Shown: piece after piece, positions 29,413 to 43,320 of the stretch | Layout of the letters: every line of letters starts with the position of its first letter | Numbering within the stretch: position 1 is the first letter of the stretch | DNA from: Octopus vulgaris | Taxonomy: Eukaryota | Direction of reading: 5' to 3' | Assembly: GCA_951406725.2 (NCBI GenBank) | Contig: OX597828.1 | Location: 67,642,001-67,706,000 of the forward strand | DNA length: 64,000 bases | Position numbers and translations under genes: made by a program | The notes under the pieces: model-generated | Told to the model about the DNA's origin: nothing | The model's input: only the letters and a program-made list of their open reading frames with translations | Database searches by the model: none

Positions 29413-29672
29413 GCATATATATAAATATGTATATATATGTATATATGTGTGTGTGTATATATATATATACACGCACTTATATATACATATATACATATAT
29501 AAATATATATATATGCGCATACATATATTTGCACATACACACGCATATATATATAAAGACACACATATATATACATATATATATATACACACATATATAT
29601 ATATATATTTATTTATTTATTTATATATTTACGCGTCTATGCGTGCTTGTATGTGCGTATGTGTGTGTGTCT

Positions 29673-29730
<58 letters not shown>

Positions 29731-29912
29731 TACTTCATTTGCTTACGGATTTGTTTGTTAGAAACCTGTGTGTGTGTGTCTGTGTGTGTGTGTGTAACAA
29801 ATACTTATATTTATTTCTATTTGATGTAGGTCATTAAAGTTTTTTTTTGCAGTGAATAAAGCTAAATAGTACCATGGCCATCACTACGATCATCATCGTC
29901 AGTGCCCTCATA

Positions 29913-29974
<62 letters not shown>

Positions 29975-30008
29975 CACCACCACTACTACCACTACTACTA
30001 CCACCACC

Positions 30009-30051
<43 letters not shown>

Positions 30052-30066
30052 TTACTATTATTATAT

Positions 30067-30118
<52 letters not shown>

Positions 30119-30513
30119 CAATAGTTTCCTGTAGGTATTTCTATTGTCGCTCTCTCTTTTTGTGATTGCTTAGTTATCTTTATCCGCGTTGTCACTTTTT
30201 TTTATAATATGTTTTATATAATTTGATGAATATTTCCAATTTTTTTTTTCTTTTCTTATTGTTAAATTGTTATTTTTTTTATTTGCTTGTTTCCATTATT
30301 CTTTGGAATGACACACAAAAAAAAAAAACTACATTCCTATACTTCAAAAAAAAAAAAACTATACCATTACTGTTGTTTGTATTGGTTTTACTCCTATTTT
30401 TTTATAATGAAAAGAGTCTCCAGTACACATACACCCACACATACATATACACACACACAGACACACACACACGCACATACATCTGCATACATATACATAT
30501 ATAAATATATATA

Positions 30514-30672
<159 letters not shown>

Positions 30673-30800
30673 TATGCATATAATAAACGTCACGTGTATC
30701 TCAAATTTTTAGTTTTCTTTTTGTCTTGTCCATTGATACAGTTTTTTTCCTGAACACACAGACACACATACACACATACACAAACACGCTCACACACAAC

Positions 30801-30831
<31 letters not shown>

Positions 30832-31022
30832 ACATATGCCCGCACGCACACTCCTAGATGGATGTGTGTTTGTGTGCGTGCGTGTGTGTGTGTGTGTATG
30901 TGTGCGGTGTATACACCCATACATATTGTATAGAAGTAATTATTTCATACTAAAACTCATTCTTCTCAGATGTTAAATGAGAAGTCCGAACAGGAGTTTA
31001 TTATTACTCTCGCTGCAGAAGT

Positions 31023-31057
<35 letters not shown>

Positions 31058-31225
31058 GTGTTGGTGGTTGATAAAGCTGGTGCTGTTTCTTTGTTCTTTG
31101 ATGGGTTGCACCAATACGAAAGAGCTGGAAAATTCTAATGAAAGCATATGTGTATGTGTGTGTGTGTGTATGGATGAGTGCCTGGATTATTTTAATGCAT
31201 GTGTGTGTGTGTGTGTGTGTGTGCC

Positions 31226-31352
<127 letters not shown>

Positions 31353-31398
31353 CAGACAAACAGAAACTCTACCAGACAGACAGATAGATTGATAGATT

Positions 31399-31449
<51 letters not shown>

Positions 31450-31450
31450 T

Positions 31451-31518
<68 letters not shown>

Positions 31519-32119
31519 CAAACACACATAGAGTCCTCAAAAGCCACAAAAATGGCCAGGCATCGATGTCCATCAGTCCTAAATAGGAACGAAGGTGAGT
31601 TGTCTCGTCTGTCTATGACTCTGAGGTGCTTTTACACCCAATGCTTTGAGAGAGTCTTCTCCACCACACCAGCAGCAGCATACTGGCAAATAATACACGC
31701 AGCATATGCGTTAAGTATATGTGGTTAGTACTGCTTATTATGCAACTGCTGGTTTTATTTTATATTTCAATTGGTTTGCACACTAAGAGCATATAAGTCG
31801 TGGACTGGCCAAATAATTCGTCTCCGATCCTGTCGGATGCACGATGTTGAGAAGCCATAAAAAGGTCGAAACATCGGTGTCCGTCACACCTAGATAGGAT
31901 TGAAGGTGAGTTGTCTCGCCTGTTCATGACTTTTAAGTGTTTTTTATACTCGCTGCTTTGAGAGAACATTCTCCACCGTAGCTTACCTACAAATACTCGA
32001 AGCATATGCGTTAAGTATATAAAGCTGATAATGTGTGTGTTTGTGTGTGTGTGTGTGTGTGTGTAATGTATAATACATATCTGTATATATAATATATATG
32101 TGTGTGTGTGTGAGTGTGT

Positions 32120-32218
<99 letters not shown>

Positions 32219-32258
32219 CATATATATCTATACAATATGTTACATTACTCGGTAGTCA

Positions 32259-32321
32259 AGATAAAACTCTGAGTTTCAGATGCCGAAGTGGAAATCCACA
32301 ACACCATCTCTTCGGTTATCT
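32259..32321 (-). ncRNA. Type I hammerhead-ribozyme-like motif (variant core) in PLE 3' region
   Basis: Minus strand: agataa CCGAAGA gatg..gtgg-attt-ccac..catc t GAAA ctc-a-gag T T ttatct. Stem I agataa/ttatct, stem II gatg/catc, stem III actc/gagt. Confidence 0.7.
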
Positions 32322-32505
32322 GGCTATTTGAAAACGTTATGAAAAAATACCGTTAAAAATGAAGGGAAATTACTCTGTTATAACTCTGCTTTGCCTGCGT
32401 ACTTATACATCGCTCGCATTTTTCGTCATAAAAATTATATAAAAATACATAAAAATATATAAAAATATATAAAATCTTCTTGGGACATAACACAGAAAGC
32501 ATGTT

Positions 32506-33548
32506 CTATCCGTTTTCTTTAGGGGACCAAAAACGTAACAGAAATTTAGTCACATGTGGGCATGATCCGAAAAGCTCTGTCCTTGTATTTAGACATGTGG
32601 TAGGGTCTAAGCTGCTTTTCCAGATAAGCCATCTTTCCATGTCGCATAAACCGCACCTTCCGCTGCCGTTAGTATAGGGCTTACATCTGGCCAAAATCTT
32701 CCATTGTATGTTATAATCGACACCTTTATCTCTTAAAGACCAAATATGATTGGATAATTGTGTCGCTTTTCTTTTGTTCCAGTGCCTAAAGCTCAAAGTG
32801 TGGTTATTGAACCTGGCCTTGAAATTACCCTCTGTCAGGCCCACGTATTTCTTCGTCGAAACGGTGTCTTTAGTGCTTATAGAGTTTACGGTAGCTTCAT
32901 ATATGATGGTCTTGGACATGCAAGCTCCATTTAGCGGGCACAATTCTTTATTCCTGCATGAACAGCTGTTTTCTTCTTGTGTTTTTTGTATGTTATGATT
33001 GATTATGTTTTTAAAATTGGTAGTTGAACTAAAACTAATTTTTAAATTGTGTCTATTGAAGAGTTTCCTATAAGCATGGTTAACTGGAAAATGTCTATCT
33101 ATCAGTGCTAGGAAATATTTACCTATATTGAAGGCCACCTCGGGTGAGTAAGGGGGCGTAAACCAGATGACCTTCCTATTTCTATTATTCCTTTTCCTTA
33201 TTGTTGGGCTGGTGATAGGTGTATATTTTATTTTTTCGCTAAAACCACTATCTTTTAAAGCTTTATTATAAACTGGGGCAACGCTATTGAAGATGTCCTC
33301 ATTAGATGAGAGGCTAGAAATCCTCTTACTAATATTTTTAACTAAATTTTTGAATACTATAGGGAGATGGCATGAACCTACATTAATATAACTTAGTCTA
33401 TCATTGGGCTTCCTATAAGGCTTATAAATATTATTATTAAGATCTAAGGAAACGTCTAAGAAATTGACAACCGTCAGGTTAGTGTCTATAGTTATACTAA
33501 GTCCGAAGTGTTTCATTAACTGGATAATATCCTTCCTAAAACGATCTT
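32506..33548 (-). CDS. Penelope-like retroelement ORF (RT C-terminus/thumb + GIY-YIG endonuclease), 5'-truncated, Naiad-like
   Basis: RT end [27 protein letters not shown]; linker [15 protein letters not shown]; [54 protein letters not shown]. About 345 codons without a stop. The N-terminal YI residues of the ORF track are microsatellite. Confidence 0.93.
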
Positions 33549-33560
33549 GTATATACATAT

Positions 33561-33612
<52 letters not shown>

Positions 33613-33650
33613 TCATACATATCTGTTTATATGTATATGTTTATATATAT

Positions 33651-33702
<52 letters not shown>

Positions 33703-33774
33703 TCATACATATCTGTTTATATGTACGTTGTATGTACCTATGTATGTATATGTGTATATGTGTGTATAAATATG

Positions 33775-34711
33775 TTTTGGTGTCCTGTACTCATATATGC
33801 GTATATATGTACATGTAGAGGTAGGTACGTACATATATGTTTATATATATGCATATGTTTTATTTTATTTATTAATATATTATATGACGAAACGCACGCA
33901 TCCGTTTTAAGTAAGATTGTTCTTTATATCAAGTTTTGTTCTTGATATTAACTTTGATGCGCACTCTTAACCTTTCTGTCCCATCCCTTTCTCAACCTTC
34001 ATTCTTTGATTTCCTTTTCCTCTACTTAACTTGTCTCTTTCTCTCTCTCATTCTTCACTCTCTCTCTCTCCCTCTTCATTCTTCATGGTTTCCTCGCAGC
34101 CATTCCCCTTCTTCTCTCCCTTTCTCTTGCTCCTCCTCCCCCTCCCGTCGTTGACCCGCGACGAGACTTCCGCTGCTGTCTTTCTGGCCTGGCCCTCTCA
34201 AGGTATGGACGACAATTCTTTTTGCTCCGCTCGTAGTTCGTAAAACATTCCGCGTTCGCAATACTTTTTTTCGTTCGGCGTTAACAGCCCTCCTTATCTT
34301 GTTTTTCCTTGTCCTGTCTTTTACTGTTTATAATTTGTACTGTCGTTACTGTCCTGTTTTTGTTACCTTTTTTTACCCCTCTACGAAAAGATCTCAGAAT
34401 TTTAATTGATTTGCTTTTCGCAGGAAGGAAAGTTTCTTGTCGAAGATACGTCTCGCTTTCACCTTCGAAACGTAGAGTAGATGAGACCATAGCGACTGAA
34501 GAAGGGGTTTTTCTTTGTGTTAATTGTCCTGTACTCTATTTTTTTGTTGTTTAAAAAAATGTCCAGTTCCTTTGGTTTGTGTCTATGTTTTCGTTTCTCA
34601 TTGTGTTCGACGTCCTTTTGGTGTCTGTACTCATATATGCGTGTATATGTACATGTAGAGGTAGGTACGTACATATATGTTTATATATATGCATATGTTT
34701 TATTTTATTTA

Positions 34712-34720
<9 letters not shown>
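33775..34720 (+). mobile_element. ~840 bp terminally redundant non-coding element (PLE pLTR/retrozyme-like) carrying a permuted hammerhead
   Basis: ~105 bp direct repeats at 33775-33880 and 34616-34720. A diverged paralog lies at 46967-47857. Confidence 0.75.
34447..34508 (+). ncRNA. Non-circularly permuted hammerhead ribozyme candidate
   Basis: tacGTC tcgct ttc accttc GAAA cgta [16 nt] agcga CTGAAGA aggggt. Helices: III tacgt/acgta, I tcgct/agcga, II aggggt/accttc. Confidence 0.7.
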
Positions 34721-34765
<45 letters not shown>

Positions 34766-34827
34766 CATATATACATATATATAGAGAGAGAGAGAGATAG
34801 AGAGAGAGATACATCCATAGACACAAA

Positions 34828-34921
<94 letters not shown>

Positions 34922-35779
34922 AAAGACAGACAGAAAGGGAGGGAGAGGAGAGAAAGAGAAGAGAGAGTATAAATAGGAAAGAAGACAAAATAAACTCCTT
35001 TAATTACATTAATATCTTCTCTGTAACAGTTTGGAAAGGAAGGCATCGACATACGTGCTAGCATGCTTTTATATATACATACATCCAATATATACATATA
35101 TAGAGAGAGAGAGGGGACATACATACACATGTGTAACATTGGTATACGCTCATATAGATCTGACATGCCTCTTTATGGTTGATGTTAATACATTTTATAG
35201 AAATACAGCGTAAAGTGTTCATTTCCAACCGAAAGTTTCTCGCGTTTACCTTATATTTAAAACACATTTTCGCCTTCTTGTTTTCTATTTGCCACAAAAT
35301 GTCAGCTTCGACTAAATTTTCAAATCTTCCATTTTCACCTATTTTCTTAGATACTTATATTCATCTTTTTTTTCATTTTATTATTTCATTTTTTTATTTA
35401 TATTCATTCATACAGAAATATCTACCTACATATAGACATCTCTCTCATTCTCTTTCTACCTCTGCCCCCCCTCTCTCTCTCTGTATTTCTTTCTGTGCGG
35501 TTATACGTGCTTTCCCATCTCTCTCGAAGCATTCTTGTAGTCTGTTTCTATTGAATTTAGTGAGTGAACTCTGATCATATATATCTGATTACCACTACTT
35601 GAAGTGTTTCATTCCATTGTATTGACGCCAATAATTGTTTTCATCTGTAACAATAATTCGAATGGGCAATTTTACGTTTTGTATTTTTCCGAAAATGGAC
35701 GCATTTGTACTTTTTTCGAAGATGGGCTTTTGACGAAGTCTGCTATCTGCATATCTATATCTCCTACACATAAGTGAGT

Positions 35780-35842
<63 letters not shown>

Positions 35843-38251
35843 TGTGTGTGTGTATGTGTGTGTGCGTTTGTGTGCGCGTGCATAAACACAGAGTTGGGAA
35901 ACAGAAGAGAAACAATATTTTTGATATTTCAAAAACTCCACTTTCTACAGCCGTTTCAATAATCCACACGTATCATTCCAAATATACAACCAATATGCAA
36001 GTAGGTTGCTAAGAAAGCAGGCAAGGTCCCAATACATTAGAGAGTGGATAAGTTAGCAGGCAAATCGCTAATGTTAATGAGTTGCTAAGAAAGAGGGCTG
36101 CTAAGAAACTCAGAGTATAAAGTTGAAACAAGTACCGTAAGGCTTCGGGCCCAACGCTTAAGCATTCAGTTGGTACCATCTTTTTAAAATCCTAAATAAA
36201 TGATAGATGAGAGGCGGAACAATTGCCGCTAGGCATTCTCTACGACGCTCGGAGGTTTTTGCCATTTCAATGCTATAATTTAAATTTGTCAATCAACTTT
36301 GTTGCTTCTCTTTGACATTTTGCCAACGTGAAATCCTCTTTAGGGTCACTCGATCTACTAGAAATGGCAGTCGAATTTCATTCGAATCAAGCACTATTCT
36401 CTTCAAAGAAGACACGTTTTGTAGTGTCAGGCACGGTTGAAATGTTTTAATTATAGGTCAGTCTAATCTCAGCTGATCGGGAGTTAAACAACAAAAACAC
36501 CTGATATGTAAGATACAGCCCCTGTCACCCTCTCAGAACAGTAAGAACAATAACACATTCGTCGCTGTTTCAACGAACAGTTGAAATTTCATATCACTCA
36601 AGAAAACCATACTTCATACTATTGTTTCCGTCTTTACTGCTCTCTTTTCTCTCTCTCTCTGTCTCTTTCTCCTCCACACACACACATACACTCACATGCG
36701 CACACACACACACATACACATACATACATACATACATACAGACAGACAGACAGACAGACAGACACACGTATACACACACACACACACACATACATATATT
36801 TCTCTCTTTCCAATATTCACCGTATCTCACGAGATTAATTTTCCTGCTACTCTCTCCTCTTACTACTCTCTCTTCTTACAGCACTTCCCCGCCTACCACT
36901 GTCCCCTCCTCTCCCTCTATTCTATCCCTCCACCTACCACCAACCCTTCTACTATTACCCCCTCCAATAGTTTTCAGAGGGTGTGTCAGGTACATGACTT
37001 CAGTAAATTATTATCTCTCCATACGTCGTCATATGACACCACCTTGGGCGATAAAACATCAAAGTAACCTGCTTTCAACCAGGCACTAACGTAAACGCTT
37101 CTCTTTCGCCCTGGTCTCTATGTACCTTTGTCTACTTTGCACTTTTACTTGTCTGTCTGTGTGTCCTGGGGAAATAAAAAAAAGGAAACAGAAGCGCCGG
37201 ACGAAGTGCACTAAATTTATTTAACAGTGTGGAAGCAAAGAAAGACGAGTTGACGTTTCGGGTGCTGTGCTATCATCAACAGTAAGGGGAGAAAGATGAG
37301 GAGCAAAGATAAATTAGAAAAGGGAAAGTTTTTTTTTTCTTTGTTCCTTCTCGAGCCATGCCTGGCTCATAAGGGCCAGTTTTCCGGTTTCCTTAGCGTA
37401 TAGGTTCCCCACTTGGACGGGACGCCAGTCCGTCGCGGGTGAGCTGCAAGATGCAGGAGGAAAGAGTGAGAGAAAGTTGTGGCGAAAGAGTCAGCAGAAG
37501 TTCGCCGTTACCTTCTGCCGGAGCCGCGTGGAGCTTAGCTGTTTCACTCATAAACACACACATCGCCCGGTCTGAGATTCGAACCTGCAATCCCTTGACC
37601 GCTGCTCTAACCACTAGGCCATATAGTAGACTTATTTGTAAAATTAATGGAGTATCAGGCGATCAGGAATTAGTTTAAAGAAGAAATTGTTTTTTTATCG
37701 GGGAAGAATCAAGATTAGGGAATCAAAGTGTCGTAACAATGTTTAGATGAAGCGGAAATGAAGTGGATGAGGCGAAATGAAGTGGATAAGAGGTATATTG
37801 GAGTATGTGTGGACGTCTATATAGGTATTTGCAGACTAAATGAGTGAGCACATTAAATGAAAGGAACGGTAGGGTGTGTGTGTGTGTGTGTGTGCTTGTG
37901 TGTGTGTTTGTGAGTGCGTGTGTGTGTAAGTGGATGGGTTGTGTGTGTGTGTGTGGCCTGAGTGAAGTTAATGTTTATATAGAGGTAAGTTAATGGCATT
38001 CTTCTTGGCAGCGACTTATGACTCATGTTTCGTGACTTTGTTCCTTCTTTTTTATGACCACTTCTCAGCTTTGGGTCGCTTGCTGACTACGCTGTAAATG
38101 ACAAGTAAACACCCGCCTTAAAGGCTTCTAACCCTATTTAGAGCCGGTGCTCCTGTACACATAAATACACAAGAGTGCATCTGAAAAAGGGCATCCGACT
38201 GGTAGGCAAAAACTCATCAACATTCTACTCCTTCCGACTCCCAGACTCGTT

Positions 38252-38290
<39 letters not shown>

Positions 38291-39804
38291 ACTTATTTCT
38301 TTACTACCCACAAGGGGCTAAACACAGAGAGGACAAACAAGGACAGACATAGGTATTAAGTCGATTACATCGACCCCAGTACGTAACTGGTACTTAATTT
38401 ATCGACCCCGAAAGGATGAAAGGCAAAGTCGACCTCGGCGGAATTTCAACTCAGAACGTAGCGGCAGACGAAATACCGCTAAGCATTTCGCCCGGGGTGC
38501 GAACGATTCTGCCAGCTCACCGCCTTCTTCTCTCTACCTATCTACCTACCTACCCACCTACCTACCTATTACACTGGTCTTACAACAGCCTTTGCTTTTC
38601 TGAACTGACTAGTAGGATAGCATCTCCATTAGATCTACCTTCTTTTCACCAACCTTACTACGTCTTAAGGCAACCCACATTAACCCTTTGGTCAATCCCG
38701 CCTCTATCAACACTCGGGAAATTCCAAAACACTTGTATGGAATCCACCAGTCTCAAAGACCCTGCAAAGCTTGGAGATATTGTCCCCTCCTCTTCTTGAC
38801 TAGATTATATTCAATGACAGAGGAAGGGTTAATAAGGGAGTTTTTCTGCAGAAGAAAAGCCATTGTTGCAAACGTACTTGATGCGGTGAGGAATTGAATC
38901 CTTTAGCTTAATGATCAATTACTATCAAAAAGGGGAGACAACCGATCAAAAATTAAATCTAGACACACACAGGCCAACTCTGGTCATTGTCGTTATTGTG
39001 ACAAGTCCAAAGCGGCGAGCTGGCAGAAACGTTAGCACGTCGGGCGAAATGCGTAGCCGTATTTCGTCTGTCGCTACGTTCTGAGTTCAAATTCCGCCGA
39101 GGTCGACTTTGCCTTTCATCCTTTCGGGGTCGATAAATTAAGTACCAGTTACGCATTGGGGTCGATGTAATCGACTTAATACCTATGTCTGTCCTTGTTT
39201 GTCCCCTCTGTGTTTAGCCCCTTGTGGGTAGTAAAGAAATAAGAAACGTTAGCACACCGTGCGAAATGCTTAGCGGTATTTCGCTCGTCGCTGCGTTCTG
39301 AGTTCAACTTCAGCCGAGGTCAACTTTGCCTTTCATCCTTTCAGAGTCGATAAATTAAGTACCAGTTGCGCACTGGGGTCGACCTAATCGACTGGCTCCC
39401 TGCCCCAAAATTTCAGGTCCTGTGCCTATAGTAGAAAGGATTATCGTGACGACTCCGAGCGTGGTTCAATCGTGTTTTATCAAGATCTCCTCACTGAAGT
39501 ATAGCCTTTACTTGCCGGACATTAAAATGACTGATGGATATGTAGAAAGAGTTTGCGTTCATTTGTAAAAAAAATTAACTGCATTTTCCAGTATACCCTT
39601 TTTTCTTTTACTCTTTTACTTGTTTCAGTCATTTGACTGCGGCCATGCTGGAGCACCGCCTTTAGTCGAGCAAATCGACCCCAGGACTTATTCTTTGTAA
39701 GCCTAGTACTTATTCTATCGGTCTCTTTTGCCGAACCGCTAAGTTACGGGGACGTAAACACACCAGCATCGGTCATCAAGCGATGTTGCGGGGGACAAAC
39801 ATAT

Positions 39805-39861
<57 letters not shown>

Positions 39862-42395
39862 TACATATATACATATATACGACGGGCTTCCTTCAGTTTC
39901 CGTCTACCAAATCCACTCACAAGGCTTTGGTCGGTTGAGGCTATAGTAGAAGACACTTGCCCAAAGTGCCACGCAGTGGGAATGAACTCGGAACCATGTG
40001 GTTGGGAAGCAAGCTACTTACCACACAGCCACTCCTGCGCCTAATACTATATTAACAATATCTTGACTATTTTTTTCCGTACAGAAGTTGACCTGGAATA
40101 AATGCCCCTAGTTATTATTTTTTCAATTTTTCATATCTATTAGTGTTTACTCCCTCCAACTCCTTTTGTATATAACTCAGTCATTTCTAGATCTTTCAAA
40201 TGAACACAGTACTTCACTTATACAACTGAAACATGAAGTTATCCTCGTACTTACCAAAGATCGAACTCATTTCCATTGCATGTCTAGAATTTTGGCAAAA
40301 TTTTAGTTAATTTCCTTGTCTTTCTTCACCAGATTTAATAATTAAACTAAAGAGTGACTTCCTCCACAAAATGGCTCCTTAATTATTTAAAATCTTTTGT
40401 CTCATTATTGCATTAAATGGGTCAGCACCAGATACAATTTCTTCTCTCTCTTCTATCACCTTACCTTTCTCTTTACCTCCCATCACTCTCCATTTCCTTT
40501 CTCTCTCTTTCTCTCTCACTCTCTCTTTCTCTCCATTCTTTCCCTCTTTCTCTGTTCTCTCTGTTCTCTTCTCACTTTCTATTCTCCCCTTAATCTTTAT
40601 TTTATCTATTCTCTCCCTATCCTTCTCTCTTACTCTCTCTTGCTCTCTCTCTCTCTCTCTCTCTCTTTCCCTCTATCTCTCTTTTTATCTCTTACTCTTT
40701 CTCTTTTTCCCACTCACTCTCTCTTTTACCTTTATTCTCTTAATTTCTCTTTTCCTCAAATTAAAAATAAACACCGTTTAATGTCTAGAGATAATCATGC
40801 AACGAAAGTGGTGTGCATGTAGGTGTATTGTTTTATTTGTTTGTTTTTTAGGTGGGGGGGTCACATATAAGTTAAACGCGGAGAAGCAGTGTCCATCCCC
40901 TCCGCAGATCCTTTGAGACTGGTAGGAATTTATGCGGCTGATAGCCCAGCCTGGGTATCTCTTAGTTAGAAACGTAGGTGATGAGCAAATTGGGAGAAAA
41001 TTTAGATTACTTAAAAGACAGTGAACTCTACCACATGGTTTGAAAAACCTGACGGTAGAGGTGTTTGAACTATTGGCGTACAAGTCAAAGATACATGATA
41101 ATAGAGTAAAAATTAAATATTTTAAAATCAAGATTAACTGAATTCTGTGAATTTAGATAAGTTCGTATACCGTAGGGAGACGACAATATTTAATATTTTA
41201 AGAAAAACTTCGTCTGAGTGAGAAAACTTTAAATCAACCTCTCTCAAATTTCTTATCAAATATTAAAACACTTTTCAAAATTTACTCAATTTTAAATCAT
41301 TTTCTGCCAAACATTTTTTTAAACTTCACGAAATTTTTTAAAAATTCTCTCTCAAACTTTACAAAATAACAAATTTTCTAATGCACTTCGCCATTATTTT
41401 CCTCAATATCTTGCTTTTATTTATTAGTCAATCTTAAATATTATTCACCGAGGATTTCATTAAAAAATATTATAAATGAACAGGAATAATCTTAAATCAA
41501 CGTTTAAAATCGGCAACGTATTTCTTGTCTTGAATTTTTCATCGAATGCATTAAAGAAAATATTATGGCTGTTTCTCAAATAACTCGTGTCACATGGTCA
41601 CATAATCACGTGGTACATTTTTACGGTACCGGTAAGCTGATTTATTGAGTCTCTGATGACTACAAACGTTGGTTTTTAAGAGATTTAATTTCACTGTAGT
41701 TGGTAATTTTGCATCAATGCAAACTCCCCAACACAAGTGATGATATATAGATATACACACATCCAAACATACACATACACACATGCATAGAAACAAATAG
41801 ATACATCTGTGTATGTGCTATATATACATGTGTGTGTATCATATGCATATGTTTGGGTGAGTGTGTGTATACATGTGTGTATGTGTTATGGATAAGTATG
41901 TATATGTGAGTGTATATATATGTAAGTATTATGTATATGTATGTACATGTATGCATATGTATATAAATATACATTTATGTATTATTATTATACACACACA
42001 TACAAATATATATATATATATATACATATATTATATATGTACATACATAGATACATGCATATATACATACATACATACATAACATGCATACATACATACG
42101 TTCATACATGTATGTATGTGTGCGTATGTATATCATTTGCATATATATGTGTGTGTACATGTGTGTCTTACATAGGACAAAAATTTTTGTTAACTCATTT
42201 ATTAACTCCAGCCTTCAGCATTTCTGTTAGTGTCAGATTTTTATTTGCAATTAGGGTGTCATGTGACCGCTGGTGTCAGCTTTCCGTCTGCAACTATGAT
42301 GTACCCTTACATACATACATACATACATACATACACACATACATACATACATACATACATACATACATACATACATACATACATACATACATACA

Positions 42396-42429
<34 letters not shown>

Positions 42430-42551
42430 CTCACACACAAATACACAGATATATAAATATATATATATAATTTTTTCTTGAGAACATTTCTTAGTGGTAA
42501 GACCATAGCGGATCTATTTCTAGCATAAGGGTTTCCACATAGTAGTTTCCC

Positions 42552-42584
<33 letters not shown>

Positions 42585-43039
42585 ACGCTGTCATGAGTCC
42601 AGTTCCTTGTAATCCTTGTCTCAGGAAATAGAAAGACGTGGCTCCGGGTAAAAGGGGTGAAGAGAGAGGCCAAGCATGTGTTAGAATGGGAAAACAGATT
42701 TAAGTGACGTGTGGTGGTGTTCATCCAGCCTCACAGTAAGCCACTTAATTGATGGCTACAATTGTGTCTGGAAGTTCTGAGTTCCAAGCTCAAAGACTAC
42801 ACAATCTCGTCCACCTTCTTCAGCATCGTGAACAGCAAATGACTAAAAACCCCATCAATACAAGATAAAACAGAGAAATAGTAAACCTTCTTCGAAGATG
42901 CCGTGTAGGAAACTCGCCTTGAGTAAATCCGACCTGCCATTTACAACCAATAGGATTGATTCAATGAAAGGGACGAGATCCGATTCTATTAACTAAGAAG
43001 TGACTCCGATCCCATTGGAGTGGATTGTTATCAACAAAG

Positions 43040-43320
43040 GAGTCATCCTTCAATGAACTTCGCTATACAGTGCAAGCAAGAATCCTAGAGATGCAAACAT
43101 TCTGATTCATTACGAAAGCAAGCTAGATTCAGAATTTTACAAGCAAGGGACATCTAAAACGATTCTTCGACACAATGAAGGTCGTCCACAGACTTCTGTT
43201 TTACTCTTCTTCCGCTTTGAGATGACGTCCAAACATGACTCAGACAGAAACGGCGGAGACCGATGAGATGAACATTTTGTTAACATATTCAACCAGCCAT
43301 CTTCTGTCAATGAACAATTG
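43040..43320 (+). pseudogene. Degenerate RTE-clade LINE, EN-RT linker remnant
   Basis: RYTVQARILEMQTF*FITKAS*IQNFTSKGHLKRFFDTMKVV ... R*DEHFVNIFNQPSSVNE, matching RTE LRxMQxxW..KAxEIQ..MKxFY..K and RWAEHFxxxLNRPS. Confidence 0.8.

Larger units (their letters stand above)
32240..33548 (-). mobile_element. Penelope-like element 3' portion including 3' UTR/pLTR
   Basis: ORF plus ~265 nt downstream ending in a hammerhead-like motif. Both ends are embedded in (TA)n-rich microsatellite. Confidence 0.85.

Noticed and set aside
32340-32505. SECIS element after the PLE stop codon
   Set aside because: An AUGA is present but no convincing helix or GA quartet, and there is no in-frame UGA in the ORF
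41580-41640. Promoter/first exon (CACGTG E-box, cggtaag donor)
   Set aside because: Short motifs expected by chance; no downstream exon identified
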